In this document: one piece after another, positions 53,422-62,756 of the stretch | Position numbering within the stretch: position 1 is the first letter of the stretch | How the letters are laid out: the number at the start of each line of letters is the position of its first letter | From: Thermodesulfobacteriota bacterium | GTDB taxonomy: Bacteria > Desulfobacterota > Binatia > Bin18 | Assembly: GCA_964291405.2 (NCBI GenBank) | Contig: OZ219926.1 | Location: 224,001-288,000 of the forward strand | Reading direction: 5' to 3' | Length of the DNA: 64,000 bases | The notes under the pieces: model-generated | The model's input: the letters and a program-made list of their open reading frames with translations, nothing else | Databases searched by the model: none | Told to the model about the DNA's origin: nothing | Made by a program: the position numbers and the translations under genes

Positions 53422-54093
53422 CTATTCAGATTGCCGGGTCGCCCACTCCTCAAACCGAACCATGCGCAGACTATTGGGCGTTTCATGAAGGACATAGGTG
53501 GCTGGTTCGCGAAAGGTCTTGGTCTTAAACGCTTTTTGAGCCCGTTCCCACAGGTCAAGGTCTTCTCCATAGTTCAGGTCACAAAATCCGCCCAACTCGG
53601 TAAAGACTGTACGCTTTCCGAACAGCGTCCCGCCGATCACACATTCGGATATGCGGATGAGCTTGGTCGGATCAAAGAAGTCGACGACCCACTGCTTGCC
53701 AGCGACCTGGACGCCGCCTTGAATCAAATCAAGGCCATGCTGACGCAACAGTTCGAGCCGCGTCTCCAAGTGGACAGGGCGATATTCGTCATCACTGTCG
53801 AGACAGGCGATATATTCTCCACGGGCTTCCGCAACGCCACGGTTGCGGGCCGCCCCAACCCCATGATTTGTCTGGCGGACATAGTGAATCTGGTCAGATT
53901 GTTTCTGCCACGCCGCGACAACTTCGGCCGTATTATCGGTGCTACCATCGTCGATAACGATCAGCTCCCAGTCCGTGAACGTCTGGGCCAGTACCGATGA
54001 GATACTCCGTGGTAATAAATCTGCTCGATCAAAAGTCGGCAGGATCACCGATATCAGCGGCGTGTTGCGTCTTGCGCCTTGTCTCCCCGACAT
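53422..54093 (-). CDS. Glycosyltransferase family 2
   Basis: SVILPTFDR, IDDGSTD, ARNRG, LDSDD, GED. Confidence 0.9.
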   Translation of the reverse strand: MSGRQGARRNTPLISVILPTFDRADLLPRSISSVLAQTFTDWELIVIDDGSTDNTAEVVAAWQKQSDQIHYVRQTNHGVGAARNRGVAEARGEYIACLDSDDEYRPVHLETRLELLRQHGLDLIQGGVQVAGKQWVVDFFDPTKLIRISECVIGGTLFGKRTVFTELGGFCDLNYGEDLDLWERAQKAFKTKTFREPATYVLHETPNSLRMVRFEEWATRQSE

Positions 54094-54292
54094 TGCTGCG
54101 TTCCTCCCCGCCCAACGTCACTATCACTAGATGTTGATGTACCGCCCACTAGTGGTCAAATCGTCCGTTTCTCCTCCACGCGCTATCATCACCGACTTAT
54201 CAACGTCAACGGTTCGAGCCTCGCCTCTTGTGCCCTCGTAACAGGGCTTGCCAAGAAACTGGATTAACTGCTATGAGGATGCCCCACCGTGT

Positions 54293-54365
<73 letters not shown>

Positions 54366-54445
54366 CATTTCTTCTCCACGCCATCAGTGAAATGAGATCG
54401 GACAGCCATCCACGACCAACCAGGTGTGTGATCAAGAAGCTTGTT

Positions 54446-56179
54446 TCAATTCCGTGGTATGCGGATTTCCTCAACCATGTCTTGGACCGCGGGTGGTGGC
54501 GGGCTGGTGAACGAGGAGACGACAAGCGCGACGCCAAAGTTAATCAGCATACCAACCCCGCCGATCCCTTCGGGCGAGATACCCCATAGCCAGTGCTCGG
54601 CGGTATTGGCTTCGGGGCTGATAAATTTGAAATAGATAATATAGGCGGTGGTAAAACTCATGCCGCAGATCATGCCGGCAATCGCCCCGGCTCGGTTCAG
54701 GCGTTTGGAGAAAATCCCCAAGACAATCACCGGAAAGAAGCTCGAAGCGGCCAAGCCAAAGGCAAACGCCACGACCTGAGCGACAAACCCTGGCGGGTAA
54801 ATGCCAAAATAGCCAGCGATGATCACCGCTCCGGCCGCGGCGAAACGGGCATAGCGAAGCTCTTGCTGCTCAGTGATGTCCGGGCGGATCACCTTTTTCA
54901 TCAGATCATGGGAGACCGACATTGACAGGACGAGCAGCAATCCGGCAGCGGTAGACAGGGCGGCCGCCAGACCGCCCGCCGCCACCAAGGCGACGATCCA
55001 AGCCGGCAGTTGGGCAATTTCCGGGTTGGCGAGCACGATAATATCGCGGTCGATGTACAACTCGTTGCCCTTCCAGCCCTGCGTTGTCGCACGCTCGGCA
55101 AAGGCTGGATTACCATCATTATAATACTGAATCCGACCATCCTGGTTCTTATCGGAGAATCGGATCAGACCAGTTTCCTCCCATTTTGAGAACCAGTCAG
55201 GTACCTGGGCGTATTCTGTGTTGTGAACGGTCGTCAAGATATTGGTCCGAGCAAACGCCGCCACCGCAGGAGCAGTGGCGTACAGGATGACGATAAACAA
55301 CAGGGCCCAGCCGGCTGAGAGACGCGCATCTTTCACTTTCGGAACCGTAAAGAAGCGGGTAATGACATGCGGCAGACCGGCCGTACCGACCATCAGGGAA
55401 AGGGTAACAAAAAAGACATCGATCGTCGTTTTACTCCCCCGACCGGTATAGGCTGCAAAACCGAGTTCCTGACTGAGGCCGTCGAGCTTATCCAGCAGAG
55501 ACGTTCCTGGCTCCGTTGTCAGTTCCGCCCCAAAACCAATCTGGGGGAGCAGCGTATCAGTCATCAGCAGGGAGATAAAAAAGGTGGGTAGCATATAGGC
55601 AAAGATCAGCACACAGTATTGGGCGACCTGCGTATAGGTAATACCCTTTTGTCCACCGGTTACGGCGTAGATAAAGACGATGGCCATACCGATGATCACG
55701 CCGAATTCAACCGGAACTTCTAAGAAACGCGCAAACACGACACCGACCCCGCGCATCTGACCAGCCACATAGGTAAAAGAGACAAAGATGGCGCAGACAA
55801 GCGCGGCGACCCGGGCGGTCTGTGAGTAATAGCGTTCGCCAACAAAGTCCGGTACGGTGTATTTCCCGAACTTCCGTAGGTATGGCGCAAGCAACAGGGC
55901 TAAGAGCACATACCCGCCCGTCCAGCCCATCAGATACATCGCACCGTCACGCCCCAGGAAGGACATCATGCCTGCCATCGAGATAAACGAGGCCGCGCTC
56001 ATCCAACCTGCGGCGGTCGCCATGCCGTTAGCGACGGCACCGACCCGCGAGCCAGCAACATAAAAGTCGCTTGTTGATTCGGCTTTGGCTCGCCAGGCGA
56101 TGCCGATATAGAGCGCAAACGAAAGACCAACGATGATGAAGGTCCAAATTTTGACCGGATCTGTCTGAAAGAGGTCCAT
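54446..56179 (-). CDS. actP: Cation/acetate symporter (ActP-like, SSS family)
   Basis: WMSAASF, GWTGGY, QMRGVG, GTAGLPH, AALSTAAGLL; ATG 56179 overlaps the upstream stop. Confidence 0.88.
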   Translation of the reverse strand: MDLFQTDPVKIWTFIIVGLSFALYIGIAWRAKAESTSDFYVAGSRVGAVANGMATAAGWMSAASFISMAGMMSFLGRDGAMYLMGWTGGYVLLALLLAPYLRKFGKYTVPDFVGERYYSQTARVAALVCAIFVSFTYVAGQMRGVGVVFARFLEVPVEFGVIIGMAIVFIYAVTGGQKGITYTQVAQYCVLIFAYMLPTFFISLLMTDTLLPQIGFGAELTTEPGTSLLDKLDGLSQELGFAAYTGRGSKTTIDVFFVTLSLMVGTAGLPHVITRFFTVPKVKDARLSAGWALLFIVILYATAPAVAAFARTNILTTVHNTEYAQVPDWFSKWEETGLIRFSDKNQDGRIQYYNDGNPAFAERATTQGWKGNELYIDRDIIVLANPEIAQLPAWIVALVAAGGLAAALSTAAGLLLVLSMSVSHDLMKKVIRPDITEQQELRYARFAAAGAVIIAGYFGIYPPGFVAQVVAFAFGLAASSFFPVIVLGIFSKRLNRAGAIAGMICGMSFTTAYIIYFKFISPEANTAEHWLWGISPEGIGGVGMLINFGVALVVSSFTSPPPPAVQDMVEEIRIPRN

Positions 56180-56487
56180 CACTGGACACCCCGCTCGCTG
56201 CGTACCTCTTCTTGTTCCTCCAGGCCATATTCCCGGTCCAGACGATTCATCAGCCACACGTACACGAAGATCAGGATGACAAAGACATACATCGAGCCCT
56301 GTTGCGCCATCCAAAAACCAAGCCGAAAGCCGCCCAGCCGGATGGTGTTCAGTTCGTCAACACAGAGAATGGACAGCCCAAAAGAAACGATAAACCAGAC
56401 GCTGAGCAGGGCTCCGACAATGAGAAGATTCGTACGCCAATAACGCTGGGATATATGAGGTACAGATTCATCTTTCATATATGACAC
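56179..56487 (-). CDS. DUF4212-family small membrane partner of the SSS permease
   Basis: YWRTN, GFWMAQQGS, MNRLDREYG; translationally coupled to actP. Confidence 0.88.
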   Translation of the reverse strand: MSYMKDESVPHISQRYWRTNLLIVGALLSVWFIVSFGLSILCVDELNTIRLGGFRLGFWMAQQGSMYVFVILIFVYVWLMNRLDREYGLEEQEEVRSERGVQ

Positions 56488-56557
56488 ACCTCTTGATAGG
56501 CCAGACGGAGTAAACCGAGGAGATAGAGCCGAGGTCTTTTCCTGAGCTGGAAATCAA

Positions 56558-56962
56558 CTAGGCAGCGTCCGGTGGCGAGGGGAATTCATGCGAGACAATA
56601 TAGTGAAGTACAGTCTGGGGGGTGATCAAACCAACCACAACATCTTGGCGAACCACAGGTAAGTGATGGATTCTCTGCTCTCGTAAAATGGCGAGCACCT
56701 GATCCGCGGGGGTGAATTCATCGACGGTTATCACATGTTCCGTCATCAGTGTTTCCACGGTCACGTCGTTGGAACGCTGGGCAAGAAAGGCGTTGAGCAT
56801 GTCGCTTTCGGTGATGATACCAACTACTCGTCCGTTCGCATCGGTGACGGGCAGGCCGGTGATGTCCAACCGGGCAAGTTGGCGTGCGGCCTCGGCTAGG
56901 GTCGTCTTAGGAGAGACAACCACATCGTTTGCCGCCATAAATTGTCGGGCGTGCCCTTTCAC
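56558..56962 (-). CDS. CBS-domain-pair protein
   Basis: GLPV...VVGIITESD and HHLPV...VVGLIT; likely GTG start after GGAGG. Confidence 0.88.
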   Translation of the reverse strand: MKGHARQFMAANDVVVSPKTTLAEAARQLARLDITGLPVTDANGRVVGIITESDMLNAFLAQRSNDVTVETLMTEHVITVDEFTPADQVLAILREQRIHHLPVVRQDVVVGLITPQTVLHYIVSHEFPSPPDAA

Positions 56963-57166
56963 TGACACCTCCCTCTCCACCACCGGGTGTATCGAGTCAA
57001 ACGGGGGTATTGTGACACACTCAACCTATCACGTCGAGATTGCCCATAATGGATTGCTCCCCGGCCGCCGCGCTCACCTATGGCAGTGTCACCATCAGAT
57101 CGGCTCGAAGACACCTCACTTCTGTGATATTGGTGCAATAACACCTTTTAGAGGAGGAGTAGAAAG

Positions 57167-57544
57167 ATGCCAGTCGTCCACAACGAAGCAGTAGAGAAAT
57201 TTGCCCTCCCCGGCTTGGAACACCAGACTCTGGCCGGTCCGGAACATGGCATGCAGACCTTAGAAATGTGGATGCAGACCATCAAGCCCGGTAGTGGGAC
57301 GCCCGTTCACCGTCACGACTGCGAAGAGGCTATCGTGGTGTTGCGCGGCTCGGGACGCTTGACGGTCGAGGGAGAGGATACGGATTTCGGTCCGAACTCA
57401 ACTCTCCAGATCCCACGCGATGTGATTCATCAGATAGTCAATACCGGAACGGAAGATATGTTCATTGTTGCAGCTCTCGGCCAGGCACCGGTCAGAGTCT
57501 GCACCGCAGACAATGAACACATGCCCCTCCCCTGGCAAGACTAA
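57167..57544 (+). CDS. Cupin-domain protein
   Basis: PVHRHDCEE...H cupin metal motif; strong RBS GAGGAGG. Confidence 0.9.
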   Translation: MPVVHNEAVEKFALPGLEHQTLAGPEHGMQTLEMWMQTIKPGSGTPVHRHDCEEAIVVLRGSGRLTVEGEDTDFGPNSTLQIPRDVIHQIVNTGTEDMFIVAALGQAPVRVCTADNEHMPLPWQD

Positions 57545-57987
57545 GGCGTCGGCGCGCTGGCTGAGGGTCGGGCCTCTTCCCCGGCCCTTCTTCTTGTCCA
57601 CAGAAAGAAGCTACCAGCACCCAGTCCGCCGCCTATCACATCCGCGACGACATCCACCGCGCTGGACACACGTCCCGGCACGAAGTTCTGATGCCATTCA
57701 TCGCTGAGCCCATATCCAAGAGTAAAGAGAAGGGTGAAAAGCACGACTGCCAGGGACGAACATCCCTCCCACGTCTCTCTGAGCGCGACTGTCCAGAGCC
57801 AACCCAATACGGCATACGCGGCTACATGGGCCAAGGTATCGGAGGAAGGCACCATCTGAGGAGGACGCAATCTAGGTTGATCGGACAGATAGTAGAGGAG
57901 TCCGCAATAACTCATGACCGCGGACCATGCCAGGAGCTGTCGGCCCCAGGTCGCCCTCCCCTTTTGTCCCACCTGTCCTTGTAGCAT
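57541..57987 (-). CDS. VanZ-family membrane protein
   Basis: HVAAYAVL, DEWHQNFVPGR, DVVAD. Confidence 0.88.
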   Translation of the reverse strand: MLQGQVGQKGRATWGRQLLAWSAVMSYCGLLYYLSDQPRLRPPQMVPSSDTLAHVAAYAVLGWLWTVALRETWEGCSSLAVVLFTLLFTLGYGLSDEWHQNFVPGRVSSAVDVVADVIGGGLGAGSFFLWTRRRAGEEARPSASAPTP

Positions 57988-58019
57988 GATGCGATCTTCC
58001 CCACGTCCTTAGCCGTCCA

Positions 58020-59174
58020 CTAGTCGAGGGCCATAATCTGCGTATTCACAAAATAGGGAAAGTCGAACGTTGTCATCTCACCGACCTGCTTACCTGGGAT
58101 TGGGAGCAGACGAACGGAGAGCGGCTTCTGCAACTTCCAGCCTAAAGCCCCAACATCGGAAAGGAGTCCTATCAGTTGATGCTGAGAGACGTTACCTGCA
58201 AGCGGTATGGTGTCGAGCCCCGTGCCACATACCGCGGAATATGTCAGCAGTTGGGGCAGTCGGATTTTTCCTTGATTATTGCGCTCGGCAAGACCGGCAT
58301 CTTCGAGCACCGGCAACATAAGCCCACAGTAGCCACATTGATCGAGAACCGTCTCTTTGAGTGCCGTGGTGACCAGGGCGGCTGCCGCAAGCGTGCCCGG
58401 ACTACCGAAGGGAACGGCGCTGATCCGCTCAATTGCCCGGGCAATACTGCTCCCAGGACCCGGCGCTGGTGACAGGTCAAAACCCGCAAATCGAAAATGC
58501 TGCTGCCCAAGGCGTTTCAGACGGCGCTCAAGAGGGCGAAGCTGGCGTTCAAATGCCTGTTGTATCTGGGCGATAAGCCCGGTCGGGCTGAGATCAGACT
58601 GGGCAACGGACGCCACCACATCGGCGGCTTCAAGGGCAAGGGAGACGGCCGGCGTTCCAGTGTGGAACGCCACCGGGAAAAAAGGGGTCTGGGCGCGGAT
58701 GTGGATCGCGGCCGCAAATCGGAGGTTGCCAAATCCATCTGGCGTTGTGTCCGCGATCGTTTTCATAATGCCGGCAATCGCTTGGGTTACAGGCTGAGCG
58801 GGGACTTGGGCGCCGTTGCTGAGACGCGCGCTGACAAACATTGTCTCAGTCCCAGCGATCAGGTCTGGCAACAGGTCAACAAACTGGTGCTCCTCGGGCA
58901 CGTTGGGGTCTACTGGTCCGAGCGCGCAATAATCCAATCCGTTGGCGAGACAGCAGGCTTCCAGTTCTTGGGCAAAGCGAAGGACCGTGGCAGGGGAGCA
59001 GCCGGCCAGATACTGAGGAAATGGGGGAGTGGCCAAACGGAGGGTTTGCACCGCTAATCCCTCCTCCTCGCAGATGGTCTTTACTGCTTGGGCAAAGCGT
59101 CCGCCTTGCGAGATCCGAGCGGTCTTCAGCGGAAAGCCGGGATCGAGTCCTATTGTAATGGACCGAATCTTCAT
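58020..59174 (-). CDS. DUF711-family protein
   Basis: MKIRSIT, DLSPAP, GYCGLMLPVLED, YSAVCGTGLDTIPL, KPLSVRLLP. Confidence 0.82.
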   Translation of the reverse strand: MKIRSITIGLDPGFPLKTARISQGGRFAQAVKTICEEEGLAVQTLRLATPPFPQYLAGCSPATVLRFAQELEACCLANGLDYCALGPVDPNVPEEHQFVDLLPDLIAGTETMFVSARLSNGAQVPAQPVTQAIAGIMKTIADTTPDGFGNLRFAAAIHIRAQTPFFPVAFHTGTPAVSLALEAADVVASVAQSDLSPTGLIAQIQQAFERQLRPLERRLKRLGQQHFRFAGFDLSPAPGPGSSIARAIERISAVPFGSPGTLAAAALVTTALKETVLDQCGYCGLMLPVLEDAGLAERNNQGKIRLPQLLTYSAVCGTGLDTIPLAGNVSQHQLIGLLSDVGALGWKLQKPLSVRLLPIPGKQVGEMTTFDFPYFVNTQIMALD

Positions 59175-59296
59175 AGGTTCTTCCCTAGATCAGCGGCGAG
59201 TAGACGCATCTCCAGCACTATCGCATACACGTTCTGCCCATTGGCACCGTTTCCATTTATCAGTATTATACCTGGGAAAAATAGAGCGATCCGACT

Positions 59297-59842
59297 ATGG
59301 CGAAAAAAGAGGAGCCTACGACCCTATTGGACGAACAGGCGACGGGAGAGGGAGCTGATGTTCAGATTCGCCTGACGCGCCGTCCTCCGTGGCAACCGTC
59401 CCCACGCCTCCCCGATTATTTGCTGGAAGACGAACTCAATCGGCTCATGGACCCGCGCGAGTGGAAAACCTACCGAGCCTTGTGGCGACACTCTATCGGT
59501 TTACGGCGGACCCCACTGATTACGGCCGGCTATGCTGAAATCTGTGAGATGACAGGTTTGTCCCGCGCCTCGGTTATCCGGGCATTGAAAGGGCTCATGA
59601 AGAAACGCTACGTCATACGGATCCTCGGACCGGAGGCAAAAGGTGAGACCCGGGTCGAAAAGGCCCGCTTACCAACCAAACCGCGCGACGGACATCGATA
59701 TCTGGTCTGTACGTATCGCGAAGTGATAGAAGGGCGGCTCAAGGATGGAACGCCGCTCAAGGATATTCCCGAAGGGGGCCTTTTCCCGGAAGAGGTCCAG
59801 GTCTTTCGGCGTGAAGAGCAAGACCCGTTATTCTCAAGCTAG
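59297..59842 (+). CDS. Winged helix-turn-helix protein of unknown function
   Basis: YAEICEMTGLSRASVIRALKGLMKKRYV helix-turn-helix. Confidence 0.7.
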   Translation: MAKKEEPTTLLDEQATGEGADVQIRLTRRPPWQPSPRLPDYLLEDELNRLMDPREWKTYRALWRHSIGLRRTPLITAGYAEICEMTGLSRASVIRALKGLMKKRYVIRILGPEAKGETRVEKARLPTKPRDGHRYLVCTYREVIEGRLKDGTPLKDIPEGGLFPEEVQVFRREEQDPLFSS

Positions 59843-59903
59843 CGCCCTTGCATCCAGTCTCCGCGTGGGGCATCCTCAGTCGATTACGAGTGGCAGAAAA
59901 CCT

Positions 59904-60677
59904 ATGAGTGCAGGAGTAACGCAACAGTATCGTGGACAGAGAGCAGGCGTGACGCTCGGTATCATTCTGTTCCTCGCCTTCAGCCTTTTCGACTGGACCC
60001 TGCCGTGCGTCTCTGAGGCCCAATTTTTGGGCCAGGGGACCCGATTGGGCAACCGCTTGACGCGCGAGAGTCGGCTGCGGCTACGCCAGGAAAAGCAAAA
60101 GCGCGGATCGGGACCAGAAATGGAAGAGATTATCCGTCGTCTGGGGAATGACCGGCCGGAAACACGCATGAGTGCGGTGAAGTCGCTCGGAGAGATGAAA
60201 AACCCGCAGACGATTGACTATCTGCTCAATGCGACCGCAGATGCTGATATTCGAGTCAAGGTTAAAGCCATTGAATATCTGGGCAATATGCGAGCGACAG
60301 ATGCCACCCCAGCCCTGGCCCAACAGTTATTTTTACGTGACGTGCATGCCGGAGTCAAAAAAAAGGTCCTGATTGCATTAGGCAAAATTGGTGACCCGCG
60401 GGGCGCCATGCCCATCATGGAGTTTCTGCGACGTGACCTTGATGTGCCGACAAAGGGAACCGCCCTGTTTGCCCTGAAAGAAGTGGGGACGGAGGATGTC
60501 CTCACTTTTCTCGACGAATTCTCCCGTATCGAGGAGTCTGTCCCTTTGCGGAGGCTGGCTGCTGACGCGGCGATGGACATCCGGCACCGCCTCTCACCAG
60601 AATTTGCTCCGGTTGTCCCCTCGTTCGTGAAACAGGTTGAGCTTCGAGAAAAGATGAATAAGGGAGCGCAACCGTAA
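59904..60677 (+). CDS. Exported HEAT-repeat protein
   Basis: N-terminal hydrophobic segment; HEAT/PBS-lyase-like repeats (AVKSLG, AIEYLG, LIALGKIGD). Confidence 0.8.
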   Translation: MSAGVTQQYRGQRAGVTLGIILFLAFSLFDWTLPCVSEAQFLGQGTRLGNRLTRESRLRLRQEKQKRGSGPEMEEIIRRLGNDRPETRMSAVKSLGEMKNPQTIDYLLNATADADIRVKVKAIEYLGNMRATDATPALAQQLFLRDVHAGVKKKVLIALGKIGDPRGAMPIMEFLRRDLDVPTKGTALFALKEVGTEDVLTFLDEFSRIEESVPLRRLAADAAMDIRHRLSPEFAPVVPSFVKQVELREKMNKGAQP

Positions 60678-60737
60678 TCCTCGGGCGTGGCTGGAATATA
60701 TTTGTCTCTGGATTGTTGCTGGAAAGGGAAGGAAGGC

Positions 60738-62249
60738 ATGCGTAAGAGCGGATCCATACGATACGGCGTCTTCACCGCTGGCATCCTCATACTGTCAGGG
60801 TTGCTGCTGGTGGACCGCCCTCCCCTACACGCCCTGGAATTATTCGGTTCAAAAAAAAAGGAAGGAAAGAGCAAAGCGGAAGCGCCTCCACCGGTAGTCA
60901 CAAGCGTGGGTCAGCTTCCCGATTTTGCCAATATAGCGAAAACAACCATGCCCGCGGTCGTGAACATCTCAACGACCCAGACATCGACTCGGCGCTCCCA
61001 GCGTCGCCAGAGACCGCTGCCAGGACCAAATCCCTTTGGCGGGGAAGACCCATTTGAAGAGTTCTTCCGCCGCTTTTTTGGCGATCGTCCACCCCCGCGC
61101 CAGCAACGCAGCTTAGGCTCCGGCTTCATTATCAGCCAAGACGGCTATATTGTCACCAATAATCATGTTGTTGGGGATGCCGACAAGATTACGGTCCGTC
61201 TCTCGGATGAAGACGAGTTTGAGGCGCAAATTATCGGGACCGACGATAAAACAGATTTGGCCCTGATAAAAATCGAGTCAGAAGAGCCCTTTCGGAGTGT
61301 TCCGCTCGGGAACTCGTCGGATTTGCAGATTGGCGATTGGGTCATGGCCATCGGCAATCCGTTTGGGCTCGAACAAACAGTGACGGCTGGTATCGTCAGC
61401 GCTAAAGGGCGAGTGATCGGTGCCGGGCCGTATGACGATTTTATCCAGACGGACGCCTCGATTAACCCCGGCAATTCCGGCGGCCCGCTCTTGAACCTGC
61501 AGGGCGAAGTCGTAGGCATTAACTCGGCCATCTTTAGTCAGGGTGGCGGCAATATTGGTATCGGCTTTGCCATTCCCATCGATATGGCGAAGTCGATCAT
61601 TAACCAACTCAAAGACACGGGGAAAGTGACTCGGGGCTGGTTGGGTGTCGCTATTCAAACGGTCACGGCAGAGCTGGCAAAATCCTTTGACCTGGAAGAG
61701 CCTATCGGCGCCTTGGTCGCTGAGGTCACGGAGGGTGGGCCGGCAGAGAAGGCGGGGATTGAGCGGGGCGATATCATTACCCACTTCAAAGGGGAACAAA
61801 TTCTGAAATCCCACGACCTGCCGGCTATGGTGGCGCGCACCCCGGTGGGAGAAAAGGTCCAGGTCACCGTTCTCCGGGGCGGGAAAGAACAAACCATCTC
61901 TGTCGCGCTTGGAGAATTGACCGATCAGATCGCTCAAGGCGGGAGCCGCGAAGAGAGTGAGGCAAGCTGGGGACTGACCGTCGCCGACATCTCAGACGAA
62001 CATCTCCAACGTTACCGTCTGCCAGACAATCAAAAAGGCGTCGTTGTCACGGCGGTTGAGCCTGGTAGCCCAGCCGAGATGGCCGGCATCCGTCCCGGAG
62101 ATGTCATCGAAGAGGTGAACCGCCAAGCCGTCAAATCGGTGCGTGATTTCACAACGGCCATAGAGGAAGTCAAAGACGCAGAGACCCTCCTGCTCCTTGC
62201 CCGGCGAGGAAATTTCACGTCGTTCTTCGCCCTCCGTAAACAAGGCTAA
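60738..62249 (+). CDS. DegP/DegQ (HtrA) serine endoprotease with two PDZ domains
   Basis: [26 protein letters not shown]; two PDZ domains. Confidence 0.96.
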   Translation: MRKSGSIRYGVFTAGILILSGLLLVDRPPLHALELFGSKKKEGKSKAEAPPPVVTSVGQLPDFANIAKTTMPAVVNISTTQTSTRRSQRRQRPLPGPNPFGGEDPFEEFFRRFFGDRPPPRQQRSLGSGFIISQDGYIVTNNHVVGDADKITVRLSDEDEFEAQIIGTDDKTDLALIKIESEEPFRSVPLGNSSDLQIGDWVMAIGNPFGLEQTVTAGIVSAKGRVIGAGPYDDFIQTDASINPGNSGGPLLNLQGEVVGINSAIFSQGGGNIGIGFAIPIDMAKSIINQLKDTGKVTRGWLGVAIQTVTAELAKSFDLEEPIGALVAEVTEGGPAEKAGIERGDIITHFKGEQILKSHDLPAMVARTPVGEKVQVTVLRGGKEQTISVALGELTDQIAQGGSREESEASWGLTVADISDEHLQRYRLPDNQKGVVVTAVEPGSPAEMAGIRPGDVIEEVNRQAVKSVRDFTTAIEEVKDAETLLLLARRGNFTSFFALRKQG

Positions 62250-62256
62250 AAGACTC

Positions 62257-62287
62257 CTGCGGGGCGCTAATCGCCCCGCAGTCTCTT
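62257..62287 (+). terminator. Intrinsic terminator after the protease gene
   Basis: CTGCGGGGCG-N5-CGCCCCGCAG followed by TCTCTT. Confidence 0.65.
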
Positions 62288-62346
62288 GGCGTGCTCGGCT
62301 TTTTCAGGCGAACAGAAACGCACCGACGACGACGGTACATCTCAGG

Positions 62347-62730
62347 CTATAGCCCCTGAGCCAACTCGATCAAATAGCCATCCGGATCACGCACATAGGC
62401 CGTCCGTTGCCCCCACGGGCGGGTTGTCGGCGGGGTGACCGACGTCGCTCCGCCCGCCACTATTTCCGCATAGGCCGCGTCAACGTCAGCGACCTTGAAG
62501 CCCAACTCGAAACCAGGAGCAGTCTGTTGAGCGGGCTCCAGAGCGAAACCGACCACGGCGGCCATGGCCGAGCGGGTATAGAATCCAATGCGGGTCACAC
62601 CGGTGTCGAGTTGCGCGTAGTCTCCAGAACGATGGCCGAGTTTGAGCCCTAAAACCTGGATATAAAAATCAAGGGCGCGGTCGAGATCATCAACAATCAA
62701 GATGATATAGTCGGCCGCTTCAAGTTGCAT
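62347..62730 (-). CDS. VOC/glyoxalase-family protein
   Basis: VDDLDRALDFY, PWGQRTAYVRDPDGYLIE. Confidence 0.9.
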   Translation of the reverse strand: MQLEAADYIILIVDDLDRALDFYIQVLGLKLGHRSGDYAQLDTGVTRIGFYTRSAMAAVVGFALEPAQQTAPGFELGFKVADVDAAYAEIVAGGATSVTPPTTRPWGQRTAYVRDPDGYLIELAQGL

Positions 62731-62756
62731 ACGTGTGTCCTGTGGCAGGGCCAGTC

